A DNA stretch of 64,000 nt from Octopus sinensis (Eukaryota). The notes under the pieces were generated by a model that had not been told where the DNA came from, searched no databases, and was given only the letters and a program-made list of their open reading frames with translations. Positions 13,061 to 25,399 of the stretch are shown one piece after another. The stretch is taken from NCBI RefSeq assembly GCF_006345805.1, contig NC_043005.1:32302001-32366000 (forward strand). Reading direction: 5' to 3'. Numbering within the stretch: the first letter of the stretch is position 1; the number at the start of each line of letters is the position of its first letter. The position numbers and the translations under genes were made by a program.

Positions 13061-13712
13061 TTAGTTGCACTTAAAACGGCAGACTTTGGTGTTGCGTTAA
13101 CAAAGTTTCGACGTAGTTTCAAGCTATGAATAAAAGTATAGTGTGGCGATGCTCAAGTTTGCTCTGAATGTGCTGCAAATGCATAATGCTGACTTCAATT
13201 GTTGGTATTGTTGGTTAATATTCCTTCTATTAACATTATGGAGAAAAAAATTACCCATAGATTTAAAGCAAAAGGAAGCTCAAGTTTCGAACTGCACTGA
13301 AAATCTATTAAGAAGTTAACACTGCAACAGTATTCGTTAAGAAAAAGTACAGGAAAATCCAAAACGTTAGTAAGAACAGTTTGTGGTTACAAAAAAAACA
13401 AAATATGTTATTTTGAAGCCAAATGGGTGGGCAACATGAATCGTGGTTGTAACTGTAAAATGAATAAAATCGACTATTTTACATCACGTATAACTAAAAA
13501 AATTTGTAAAATCAAAACATACCCATTGAAGGTTTGACTTGAACATCGTAGATAGTAACAGCATGCAGATTGAACAACTGCTATGACTGCCATACCCACA
13601 AATAAGAATCACTTAAACCGACAAAAAAGAGATGCCGTTACAAAAAAGAAATGGAGTCACATGAAACGATCGTACTGCATTACCTCTAGATATCCTTGTT
13701 GCTTATCTTGAT

Positions 13713-13745
<33 letters not shown>

Positions 13746-14089
13746 GAGTGAGTAGATAAATGAAAGAAGGGCACTTAGCGTATTTATTAGAAGTTACATG
13801 TATAGATCAAAACAGTTTGATTCAGATTCCTTGGTACTCTGAATTTCAAGTGTGTGGCTAGTCTTTGGCCATTGGGGTCTGCATGAGAGTTTGACTGAAG
13901 AGAATCAATGTTTATTACTGGACGTTAACTTGTGACTGGTCGAGAAAGGTCATGGGGTATAGCGGTTTGATGTTGGTTTTTCAGCGACAACAGTTAGTTG
14001 GAAAATACTGCATGGTGAACAGGAAATCAACTGTGTGGTGGACAAGAAATTGGTTGTGTGACTGGGGGAAGTAGGAAGGGGTGGTAGAT

Positions 14090-14430
14090 GTGGGAGGTAT
14101 ATATGTATATATGTACATGTATATGCGCATATATGTGCGTGTATGCATCCATACTTAAACAAGTGTGTACATGTGCTTAGATATACATTCACACATCCGC
14201 ACATGCACACACATACACAAAGGCACATGTGCTCATGCATGCACACATACACACACACACACACACATACACACATGCATATGCGTACCCCTTTATCCCC
14301 ATGTACATATACACATTAGCACATGTGCATGTATATGGGCATGCACATGCATCTGTGCAATGCATATGGTGAGCAGATGCATATGTACACTCATGCACAT
14401 GCACACACATGTACTCATGTGGTCATGCAC
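14090..14430. repeat. Degenerate (CA/TG/TA)n microsatellite field
   Basis: Direct reading; source of the HT/CV-rich ORFs. Confidence 0.9.
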
Positions 14431-14623
14431 AAGGGGTGGTGTACAAGGGGTGAGAGTATGCAGGTAGACAGGTATGGAGAAGTATTTAGAATTGGTGATT
14501 TGTGGTTCATGGGGGTTAATTTGTGGTAGTGACCTTGGTGCAGGCAGTGCTAGGGGTGGCTGATACTAAGGAGGTATATTCGGGTTGTCAGTGGCCAGTG
14601 GCTTCAAATTTATCAGAGGGGTA

Positions 14624-14664
<41 letters not shown>

Positions 14665-14694
14665 ATTGAGTAATGTGTTTCATTTTTGTGTGGG

Positions 14695-14735
<41 letters not shown>

Positions 14736-15584
14736 GGCACTATGGATATAGTAAGGAAGGGCCTACTATGAAAGAGAGGGGAGACATAAATGAAATTAAA
14801 AATATCTTAAATGATGCTAATGAGATGTTTTTAATCTCTCTCTCTCTCTTGCTATCTCTCCCTCACACACACAAACAAATGTGGAAGAGAAAACAAATGT
14901 TTTTTTTTCTTAAACACAGAAGATATAGTATGTAAATTAAGGATGGTTTGAAAAGATACAATATTTTCCCATTTAGAATATATTTCGCTTCTCACACAAT
15001 ATTTAAGATATAGTTATTTTAAATTGATTCTTTGCACATAGAGAAAACTGATTTTCTCAATCTCGGTTAGAGTTTTGGGCAGGAAAACTTGCTAAGGGAA
15101 AGTGAATTTTTTTTTATCTAAAACACTCAATACCATTTGAACCTATTCTGCAATCGGAGATTAATATATCCAGTGATTTTAAGAGGTATGAAAAAGATAT
15201 TTTGTTTTAATATTATACTTTTACTCATTTCACACAAACACAAAAATTCTCCAGGGAATATATTTTTGTCGTTACCACTAATTTCTATAACTTTAGCATT
15301 TTCCCTTCTTCTTTTCAAAGTTGTTTGAATTTTCAATCTTATGTAATCCACACTCTCAAAAATGTATTTCTGTAAAATGTTGGGGGTGGGGCTGAAATTT
15401 CTGGACAAAATGTGTTTTGTGGCATATTAGTAGGTCACTGTAGTTCATTCAACAAAAAAAAAAATTCCAATTATTCTGGAGTGAGAGGGTTCTGATTTCC
15501 CACCCTACCATTTTTTCTGACCAAAAAAATAAGTCGAATGCGGCACATTAAGAGGTCAGGTTACCTGTTTCTACAGCAAAAAAT

Positions 15585-17614
15585 CCAAAGTTTTTTCTTA
15601 GTAAAATGTGTGTGGGTGCACTTATCAAAATTTACCATATATACCCTTAAGAAGAATATTAATAAATTATCTTCACAAGTTAATAAGTTTTATCAAAAAT
15701 AGATTTTATTAATCATAGAAACCATTAAATTCTTCATCACTCTCATCTGATACATCATAATCAGATGCAACTACTTACTAGTAGTTCATTATCATCAGAG
15801 TCACCTTCATTGTAAATCGCATCATCTTCTGTACCTTCCATGTTGTTGCTTATACTGCACTTTTGAAAGGCCTTTACAATCACTTCTTTCTTCACACCAT
15901 TCCACGAATTCTTCACACAGCCACAACTTCACTGATTGTTGGCTTCCTAACTTTTCCTGTTGGTGTTAGGTTGGAGTCACCTCCTGGTATCCACTTGCTT
16001 CATTCATTTCTCATTGAATGGTTTGTTGATACTGATGTCCAGAGGTTGAAGTTGGCTTGTTAGGCCACCAGGAATAACTGCCAATTGTGTTTCTGATATT
16101 TTTGCCAACTTTTTTGTTTCATCAGTTATATGTGCCCTGAACTGATCTAACACTCAGTATAGATGGCTTCTTAAAAAGGTTCCCAGGTCTCTTACTCCAA
16201 ATCTTCTTGAACCAAAGCTTCATACCACCTTGATCCATCCAGCCCTTTGCATGCACATGCACAAGAACTCTTTCTGGCTGCTTCTCCTTTGGAAGTGTCT
16301 TCTTGTTGAAAATGAGCATGGGTAGCAACAGGGTACCATCAGCACAGCATGCCAGGACAACTGTGTAATGAGTCTTCTCATACTCACTTGTCTTGATGGA
16401 AACTGTTTTGGCTTCTTTTTGATTCACAGTTTTGTTGGAAGGAACATCAAATGTAAGTGAAACTTTGTCTATATTTGCTATGTGGCAAAGTTCAAAGTTG
16501 GTATTCTTGCATAAATTAATGATATAAGAATGAAACTTAAGAATTTTTTCTTCATAAGCATCAGGTATCTTCTGAGCAAGCTTGGTTCTAGTCCTTAGAT
16601 TCAAACCATTCCTCTTCATAAAATGGAAGCACCAAATAAGTGTACCATTAAAATCAGTTGTCTCTTCCGTCTCTTGTCCTTCCTCTTTGCTCTTTTTTTT
16701 ATTTCCTGAGTAATTTTTCTTCCTTGATTGATTAGGATCTTTGTCAAAACAAATGTACCAGTTTGCCCTTGGTATTTGCCCTAGTGTTTGAGTTTTACCT
16801 CCAGATTTGGCTTCCTTGTTTTTTGCCCTGTGCTGCTTTCTTCATCTGTGGCATCTGTAAAAGTTCCTCTTTGTGCTTTTTCCACAGTCCAATCATGGCA
16901 GCCATAAGAGGAGGCCAAAACTGTCTTGCTGCAGCTTTATTTCCATGATCCTTTGCAAACTGAAACATTTTCAATTTGAAATTTACAGGATATGAAATGC
17001 GCTTTTTATTCTTGGACATTTTTACACAAATAGAAAACAAAAATCTAAAAAAAGTGTAATGCAGGATCAATTTAAATAACAGTATACAATATCTAAGATT
17101 GTGTCTCAGTTGAATTTCCATATTTGGTTATGCTACATTTATGCCTGTTTCAGTGTGAGCTGCATTGCCATATATGGCTACTGAGTATGCTCGCTGTCTC
17201 TGATAGGTTGTATGATCTCTGTATGTGGCCTGGGTTTTTAAAAAAGTTTTAATGTTTGCATTTGCGTGTTTGCTCACAACTTTAAATACAATATAGAACT
17301 TTTGTGTTAATACAAAAATACAGATCTAACAGTCTCAGTGAGCATGAGTAAGTACTGTTTGGCAGACGATTGTCATTCGTGATGGCCGCTTTATGTGCAT
17401 GCTGTTGCTTGATGAACGGATAGTAACTCATCCAAGAGGACATCACAAACTGTTGGGTGTTGGCCTGAGGCTTGCAATGTTGAAAGTCATGGAGATTTGA
17501 GATTTGAGGAATTAATTTATTAATATCTATAATACTATCCATGTATAAGAAACCCCCATATTTTTTACCTAATTTTTGACAAAAATGGGTTCCTTATACA
17601 TAATAAAATATGGT
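15585..17614 (-). mobile_element. pogo/Tigger DNA transposon remnant (POGK-like: Brinker DBD + CENP-B-type HTH + DDE_1)
   Basis: KRISYPVNFKLKMFQFAKDHGNKAAARQF (ORF 16795-17121); MKRNGLNLRTRT..IANIDKVSLTFD..TVVLACCADG..KGWMD (16122-16619); IPGG..LQPLDISINKPF downstream. Palindromic Tigger-like terminus at 17543-17614. Confidence 0.88.
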
Positions 17615-18149
17615 ATATACCCATTATATTCAAGGCTAATAGTGGCTGTGCAAGTTCACATTTAGTAGTTGTTGAAATGAGTTTAAGTAATTATATAGAT
17701 CAAGAATTTGTAGAGCTAGAAGACAAAGGTGGGGGAAGGAGGGAATATTTTTTTAGTAGGTTAATTAGTTATTAGAAAAATGTTGAGAGTTAGTTTAACT
17801 AAGTATGTTGGTTCAATTCTAACCTGAATCAGGAAAGTGCAAAAATGTTGACTAAACTACGTCCGAAAGTTTATTTAACAATAATGAATTATAAGAATAG
17901 AGGATAATAAGTGATTCTTTAAAGCATAATTTACATTTGCCCAATTTTGTGTTATAAGGGGGAGCTCCTTTTATAATAGACCATGCCAGTGTATAATTTA
18001 TGTTTTTTGACTTAAGATAATGAATGAGTTTAGCTAATGTAGTTGAAGTTTTATAATTAGGATTTTTGAAAGACTTTAAATGAGCATGATAGCTACGTTT
18101 GAAATCTGTGGTGCTACCAATATAGGTCTTTACTTGTGCTCCATGTGTT

Positions 18150-19260
18150 ATTTTCCACTTTCTGCCTTCATTCAGGCTGATGTTATAATTTGGGATGAAT
18201 TATCCGCATGTCTCATTGTTTCCTCCCAGAGGCATTGAATAGAATATTAAAGGATCTTATGAAGATGGTCAACCCCAGGTTTGGGCATGTTTTGTTTGTA
18301 GGAAAAGTAATAACTTTTGGTGTGGATTTTCAACAAATGTTGTCTGTCATTGAACTTGGAAGCAGACCACAGATAGTAGACAGCAGCTTTAATAATTCAT
18401 CTTTATGGAAACATGTAAAAAAATTCATCTGTCAGAAAATATGCAATTAAAATCATATGCACAGAATCCAGAAGATCAAAACAAATAAATTAAGTTCAAC
18501 AACTTTATACTTCATTTAGGAAATGACAAAATTATTATATCCCAGGGATGTATCATTACTCATGATTTCAGTGACTTCATTCCCTTGGTTTTCAATAGAA
18601 ATGTCTTACAGAAATGCATTACAGAGCCAGAAAAATTTTCAAAAATTGTTTTAGCACCCCAAAATATTGATTTTGATCTCATTAATGAGGAAATGCTAAA
18701 ACTGTTTGTAGTAGATGAAGAGGTTCTCTTTAGTCATCATTAATGTTTGCATCAGGATGACACTTTGGAATTCACTACAGATTATTTAAATATACTAAAT
18801 ATTTCAGTCTTACCATTACACATATTAAAAGACTAACACAGTAATTATTCTCTTACATACAATTAACCAAGTTAATGGCATGTGTAATGGTAAATGTTTA
18901 GTTATTCAAGACATGCAAGAAAAAGATATTTAGGCAAAAATAACTGAAGGTCTATACAACTGAAAATATTAAGTTACCCTTTCTTCAGTAGGTGAAGAGT
19001 TACCATTTAAATTAGACAACAATTAGATTAGCAATGGCAAGTTCAATTAATAAATGTCAAGGACAAACATTTGAAAAAATTGCTTTATACACCAAAGCCC
19101 ATACTCATACATAAACAAAGATATGTTGCCTTTTCTAGAATGTCCACAGGGTTTCCAGGTTTGAACATATATATATATATACTGAATGACAAACATTTCA
19201 CAAAGAATGTTGCTTACAAGGAAGTTCTCATTTGGAAAGACTTCAAGCAATGAAATATGA
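18150..19260 (+). mobile_element. Helitron PIF1-family helicase remnant
   Basis: VIIWDE, EALNRILKDLM, FVGKVITFGVDFQQMLSVI, GMCNGK.L, SINKCQGQTFEK and YVAFSR motifs occur in PIF1 order; heavily disrupted. Confidence 0.85.
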
Positions 19261-19479
19261 AACCAACAATACAGATTCCAACTGTACAGAACAGCAAATA
19301 GTATTTATCTACACATCAGGGTTGGCATCATTTACATACAAATTGTAGAATATGGAAATAACAAAACAATAATTTAAAAAGCATGGAGTGAATTTGAAGT
19401 TTGAAAGCAGGTTAGCTTATTGTAAGCTACTATAACACAAGCTGAACTATAAAATACTCAAGCATGTTGGGTATATAAA

Positions 19480-19945
19480 CCTCTCTTTATCCCCAATTCT
19501 CTTTTTTCTTTCCCTATTAGGGTAGCCATGTCTCCCTATCTTCCTCTCTAACTCTCTCTCTCTCCCTTCCTTTCAAGCCTTTCTTCCCAACTGGGTTACC
19601 ACATAGCTCCTTAACTGCAAGACACTTATATCTCTTATATTGTACTTTAACCTCTCCCCACTCAAGGTGCCTTGCTCTTGAAAGTTACTTAGAGGTCCCA
19701 CTGGTGCTGTTGCTACATAAAAACGGTTGGTGTTACAAGGGGCACCCAGCTGAAGAAACCATATCACTGTGCTGCTGCCACATTAAAAACACACTACATT
19801 CTGTGAAGTGACTGGCATTAGGAAGGGTATTCAGCCATAGAAACCATGCCAAACAGACACTGGAGCCTGCTAAAGTTTTGTCTTGCCAGCTCCTGTCCAA
19901 TCTATGCCAGCATAGGAAACAGATATTAAATGATGATGATTATGA
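19480..19945 (+). mobile_element. Old RTE 3' UTR/tail copy
   Basis: CT-rich segment followed by the GGCATTAGGAAGGG..TAGAAACCATGCC..(GAT)n tail. Confidence 0.65.
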
Positions 19946-20296
19946 CTTCAATTGAGAATGGACAGATTACATAATCAATAAAGAAATAATATTTATGCAA
20001 TAACTTTCTTAACACAACCACCTCCATCAAAAAACAAAAAACATTCAGCAGATACATAATAATCACTAATGATATAAAGCAATAGATTCAAATGCAAATA
20101 TTCATCCAAGGTATATATATTTCATTTACTTGAAGTTCATTAACTTTCTCAAAATGTCAGTTTTAACAGTTTCTTTCAAAATTAGTATTACTTCAATTAC
20201 ATTCATTAATATTGTCAGATAGTGAATAAATATTTGTCCAGTAACAAAAAGAACAAATAATATAGATCCATTACAATCATTATGAAGATACCAGAC

Positions 20297-20390
20297 CTTC
20301 AGAGCATAATTTATAGGATTTTCCATTGAAATAACTGTACCTGAGTGACTCACTAAAACGTCAGGAATAATCTGGGGATTATACAATAAC
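20297..20390 (-). other. Candidate spliced exon (unverified)
   Basis: Acceptor ttttcttAG and donor GTctgg bound an open frame LLYNPQIIPDVLVSHSGTVISMENPINYALK in non-repetitive sequence. Confidence 0.25.
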
Positions 20391-20731
20391 CTAAGAAAAT
20401 CAATGCATAACATGTAATAGTTGCAGTAACAATATACATGAAAAATACATTCAGTTATAATTCCAGTATACTTTAATAATGCACTTTATATTCCTTTCAA
20501 TAGCAGTCGAAACTCCCTTAAACCGCAATTATTCAGTGAAACAACCATATTCTCATACTCTACACACACCATCCTTCATTGAGCACTATTCCCACCTGCA
20601 TGCCATGTGTATACTTATGCATATACAATATAGAAATATGTGACACAATGATATAAAATCAATGTAAAATATGCAAATTTAAAGATAGTATGTTTGCACT
20701 AATATATATATGTATTGGAAACATTCTTTAA

Positions 20732-20951
20732 CCCTTTAGCTTTTAATCCAGCCATATCTGGCTCAAATATTCTACCTGTTTTATGTTAAAACTGACCAGA
20801 TCCAATCTTTCACATCTACCCAACAATGTCATTCTAAAAATATACAAACACACCGTTGAAATCTTAAAGCTACCACATAATGTGTGTATTATTCAAAACA
20901 ATGTGAATAAATAAGCAATATATTTGACAATGAAATCTGATAGCTAAAGTG
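20732..20951. mobile_element. piggyBac-type MITE
   Basis: TTAA|CCCTTTAGC ... GCTAAAGTG|TTAA: TIR with one mismatch and a TTAA TSD. Confidence 0.8.
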
Positions 20952-22069
20952 TTAAAAGAAATGATACAGCAAAATAATTTGAATACCAAACATGAGAAAT
21001 ATTTTTTAAAAAAAGGAAGGGAGATAACTCTGTAATACTTATAGAAGAGTTGCTCGTAATTTCATAGAAATCAGGAAATTTATACAAATATATGTAAACA
21101 CACGCGTACACACTCGCACATATGTATGTATAAAGATTAGTATGTAGCAATTAAAAGGAGAGGAAGGAAAACATAAATTGGTTGAAATGTCCCTTTATTT
21201 TCATTGTTGTAATGTAAGATACAACTCGAAGAAATGTTGCTCTCTGTGTCGTGTGTTGGTTAATATATTAGGTTTGATAATATAGTAATTGTTTTTTCTT
21301 TAACTGTTTTGTAAAATAAGTATTTACCATTTTCTTGCTACCTATACTTATTCCACAGAACCAAGTGCTGCTAATATATTAGAAGTATGGTAGACTTATC
21401 CATGCGATTTTGATATCTGAATATTATCTAAATCTCACATTTACCTTGATTATTATTTTCATTGTATTTATAGTCTACGTTGTATGATTCATCTCCATCG
21501 GCGACAAATGTGTGTGTAGATATTTCCCACCCAACAACTTTTAATAAACAATGTTGTTATATATTTTTTAATACTTTCTTTGGTTACCAAAAAATATATT
21601 CAATTTTTCAGGGTACATTGACGTTTTATTATCATTGACCCAATAAAGTGGCCATATTATTGAGCATTTCATTTTTAGGTTGGGGTTGGGGCTATTAACA
21701 CAGCCAACAAATGGAGCAGTAAAAACGTAAACTAGACGTAAACATATAGAATAAACTTAGTATATGACTAATGTTTTTTTTTTTAATTTTGCTGACGAGC
21801 GTGGGAGACAACTTTGGATATGTTTCTTACCGTTTCCGGCTTCTTCAATATATATATATAACTCTTTTGTAACTTACTGAAATCGTAGCAAATTATTCCC
21901 TTTGTAATTTTGGAGAAATGTATTTTTGTTGGCTAAAGAACACTGAAATTCTTAAGGAAATAAACAGTTCATTAGTACCACTTGAATGAAGAAACAATTA
22001 ATATTAGAATATTTAATGCCACTTAATATGTCAATGTCTAAACGAAAAATAAATATGCATTCAGAGAGA

Positions 22070-22440
22070 AAGCAATAGCTTGCTTTCCAACCACATGGTT
22101 CAGGCTTCATTTCCACTGCATGGCACCTTGGGCAAGTGTCTTCTACTATAATCTTGGGCTGACCAAAGCCTTGTGAGTGGATTTGGTAGATGGAAACAGA
22201 AAGAAGCCTGTCATATCTGTCTATCAGTCTAAGTGCATGTTTTAGTGTCTGTCCCCCACCACTGCTTGTCAATAAGTGTTGTGTTTATGTCCCTGTAGCT
22301 AAGTGGTTTGGCAAAAGAGACCTGTAGAATAAGTATCAAGCTTGAAAAAAATAAGTACTTGGGTTGATTCAATTGACTAAAAATTCTTCAAAGCAGTGCC
22401 CCAGAATGACCGCTGTCCAATGACTGCAACAAATAAAAGA
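22070..22440 (+). mobile_element. tRNA-derived SINE family B
   Basis: GGTTCA B-box region, CCTTGGGCAAGTGTCTT core and tail ..GACTGCAACAAATAAAAGA. Homologous to 52758-53175. Confidence 0.85.
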
Positions 22441-22477
22441 CAACAATTACATTTTTATTTTCAATTTCATTTCATTC

Positions 22478-22625
22478 TTAAGGTAGGGAGCTGGCAGAAT
22501 CATTAATGTGCCAGACAAAATTCTTAGTAGCATTTCATCTAACTTTACATTTTGAGTTCAAATTCCACCAAGGATGACTTTGCCTTTTATCCTTTCAGGG
22601 CCAATAAAATATGTACCAGTTTAAT
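22478..22625 (+). mobile_element. SINE family A (3'-truncated)
   Basis: Consensus head and core present. Confidence 0.75.
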
Positions 22626-23094
22626 TTCATTTTTATTAAAATTTGATTCAAATTTTCTTTTACAAGCTCTGATTTGTTTGACTAGGGGGATGGCTGTGGA
22701 CTTTAGATGTTAACCTCATAACTCAATGTTGTTGGAAATATGTATACTTGGAGATATGTATACTTGCAGGTTAAATTCCCATTGTTTAACATCTTTGGTT
22801 GATGTTACAGTGGTGATGAAATATGACATTCAGAAACTGTTTGGAAATTCATGAAGCAGGGACCATTCCTGTTCTTGGGTGATAGATTAAAAACCATCGC
22901 CTGGGGTTTTGGCAGCGCCTTTAGATGGAATTCATTCTGTTGCAAGTATTTTCGACCAGAACTCAAGGCTGAAGATAACTTTGTCCTTGTTACACCAGTT
23001 ATGAGGATCCTGAAGAAGATTAAATATCTTATACTTCTTCCTGTAAGTCATGTGTCTCACACCTCCCCACAAAACAAAGAAGAGGGAAGGAGAG

Positions 23095-23200
23095 ACGAGG
23101 AGGAGAAGGAGAAGAAGAAGAAGAAGAAGAAGAAGAAGAAGAAGAAGAAGAAGAAGGAAGAGGAGGAGGAGGAGAAGAAGAAGAAGAAGAGGAGGCGAGG
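23095..23200. repeat. (GAA/GAG)n microsatellite
   Basis: Direct reading of the sequence. Confidence 0.95.
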
Positions 23201-23237
23201 AAGAAACCCAGTATTATTTGACATCCATCAACATTGA

Positions 23238-23414
23238 CCCTTTTGATACCAACCCATCTGAGATTGCTTTTGGTCCTATGATACAAACTTCTTGTTTTAA
23301 AGTGATCTAAATTAAAACTTAATAATTACAGTTATTTCCCTAAATTCTTCATTATTTTCAAAATTAATTGAAACAAAGTTAATATAGTTCAACTGAAATA
23401 TTGTAACAAAATGG
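23238..23414. mobile_element. Degenerate piggyBac-type MITE
   Basis: TTGA|CCCTTTTGATAC ... GTAACAAAATGG|TTAA. Confidence 0.55.
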
Positions 23415-23854
23415 TTAATGGGTACAGTATTAGCATAAATAATAGTGTCCTGAGAAGGTTACCTTGGAAAATGTCACATTTTATGTGAGGTTGTGTTATT
23501 GATTTTTACAGTTTATTTTCTGTGGTCTATATATTTCCTGAATGATTTTTTTTCATATTAATTGGTTTAAAAAGTATTTGGGAGACAAAGACTGACTTTT
23601 CTGACTTGAGGTTATGCTGTTTTGGTCACTTAATAATCCCATGGATTTAATTAAATAAGTTTCAGCTGAGATCTTACTTCCAAATTCTCATTATTAGTTT
23701 TATAATAAATTATATCAGTTAAAGAATTTCAGTACAACCTTAGGTATCATTCTTACTGATACTTTTACATTCTACTTCATATCTTGACTTGTTGGTAGTC
23801 CTTTCTGTGCATTCTGCCTTCCTCTCTCTTTTTTTAAATACATTGATTTATAGT

Positions 23855-24070
23855 AAGGCAATAAGCTGGTAGAGCCATTTGCATTCTAGGCAAAATGCTT
23901 AGTAGCATTTCACCTATCCTTACATTCTGAGTTCAAATTCTGCTGGAGTCCATTTTACCTTTCATCCTTTCAGGGTCGATGAAGTAAATATCAGTTATAC
24001 ACTAGTGTTTATGTTATTGACTTATCCACTCCTCCAAAATTGTTGGTTTTGTGTCAAATCTGAAACCAAT
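23855..24070 (+). mobile_element. SINE family A
   Basis: Match to the family A consensus. Confidence 0.75.
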
Positions 24071-25194
24071 ATATTGACTTGTAGTGCTTTTAATTGAAGT
24101 TGAAGAATAATTTTAATTGGTTGGTTTCTTAGATATATTTATTTATGTTTGCAAGACATATGCTACAATTATTAGAAATTTGGTTTTATCAGCAATTAAC
24201 ATTCTTAGATCTTTTTAATAAAAATGTTCTCTGATTTCATTTTGGTATTTGTTTTGCTACATTCTTGTTCTCTTGTTGTTGTTCTTGAAATAAGAGCATT
24301 ATTATTATTGGGATAGTTTTCTTAGTGATAATTTTGAAATTTCTCTCTTTCTGATGTGAATCTAATGTTAAAAGACACCAGTAATTCTATGAGGATTGGG
24401 AAACAACATGTTAAAATAACTGTTGAAGGAATTCATATTCTCACGATAATCATGGTATCATTTACCATCCTTTTGTATGGTGCCACAACTGTTTTTAACA
24501 TATTAGCCATCACATATACCACTGGTGACTCATCTCAAACTTCAAACAACCATCAGTAACAAGTTGTAGCAGTTAACATGATAATTTCACTGTGAAATTA
24601 GGTTTATGATAGCTTGGATGTGGATCAAACTGATGGAAATCTTTGATATTTAACAATTCTTCAGCATCAGCTTAACTCTCCTTGCCAAGATGCTAAACAA
24701 TAATAGCAGAAGATTATGTACTAAAATATTCATAAATACCTGCTTAGACTAAGTTCATTTACATAACGGTACATTAGGCCACACTGTAAAGATTTTCTTA
24801 ACTGTCTTTTTATTGCTATTTTTTAACTCTTTTCAAATATTTGTGTTCTGTTTGTTTGGTTCTTCCCTTTTCCTTAAATTTTTTTCTGGACACTTTGTGT
24901 TATTCAAAAGAATTGGAAAATTTTAAGAAATCATTTCTTTCTTGAATGATTACTAATTTATTAGAATTGATAAATGGTTTTCACTTATCTCCAGTTCTGG
25001 TGGCGGTCATAATGATGACAATGACGGTGCTGATGCTGATGACAGAAATAAAAAATTCTCATTTGAGTGCAAATAAATAATTTAATAAAAAACATAAATT
25101 GTATGATGATGATGTATGAATAATGTAAGGAAATACATAGATTGACATGTATGAGCAGATGTAAATACAGTTATTAAAAATACATACATATAGA

Positions 25195-25390
25195 TGCAAG
25201 CATGACTGTTGGGTAAGAAGCTTGCTTCCAATCCCCGTAACTTAGTGGTTTGGCAAAAGAGACCAATAGAATAAGTACCAGGCTTTTAAAAAGTAAGTAT
25301 TGGGATCAATGGATTTGACTAAAACTGCTTCGAGGGGGTGCCCCAGCATGGCCACAGTCTGATGACTGAAAGAAGTAAAAGATTAAAGAT
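25195..25390 (+). mobile_element. SINE family B, internally deleted
   Basis: Head fused to the CCCCGTAACTTAG..AGAAGTAAAAGA tail. Confidence 0.7.
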
Positions 25391-25399
25391 ACATATACA

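Noticed and set aside
22811-22975. Box C/D snoRNA (GTGATGA ... CTGA)
   Set aside because: Spacing is long, no terminal stem or recognisable guide is present, and the motifs are expected by chance.
23029-23310. Poly-K/R/E/S ORFs
   Set aside because: Derived from a (GAA)n microsatellite.
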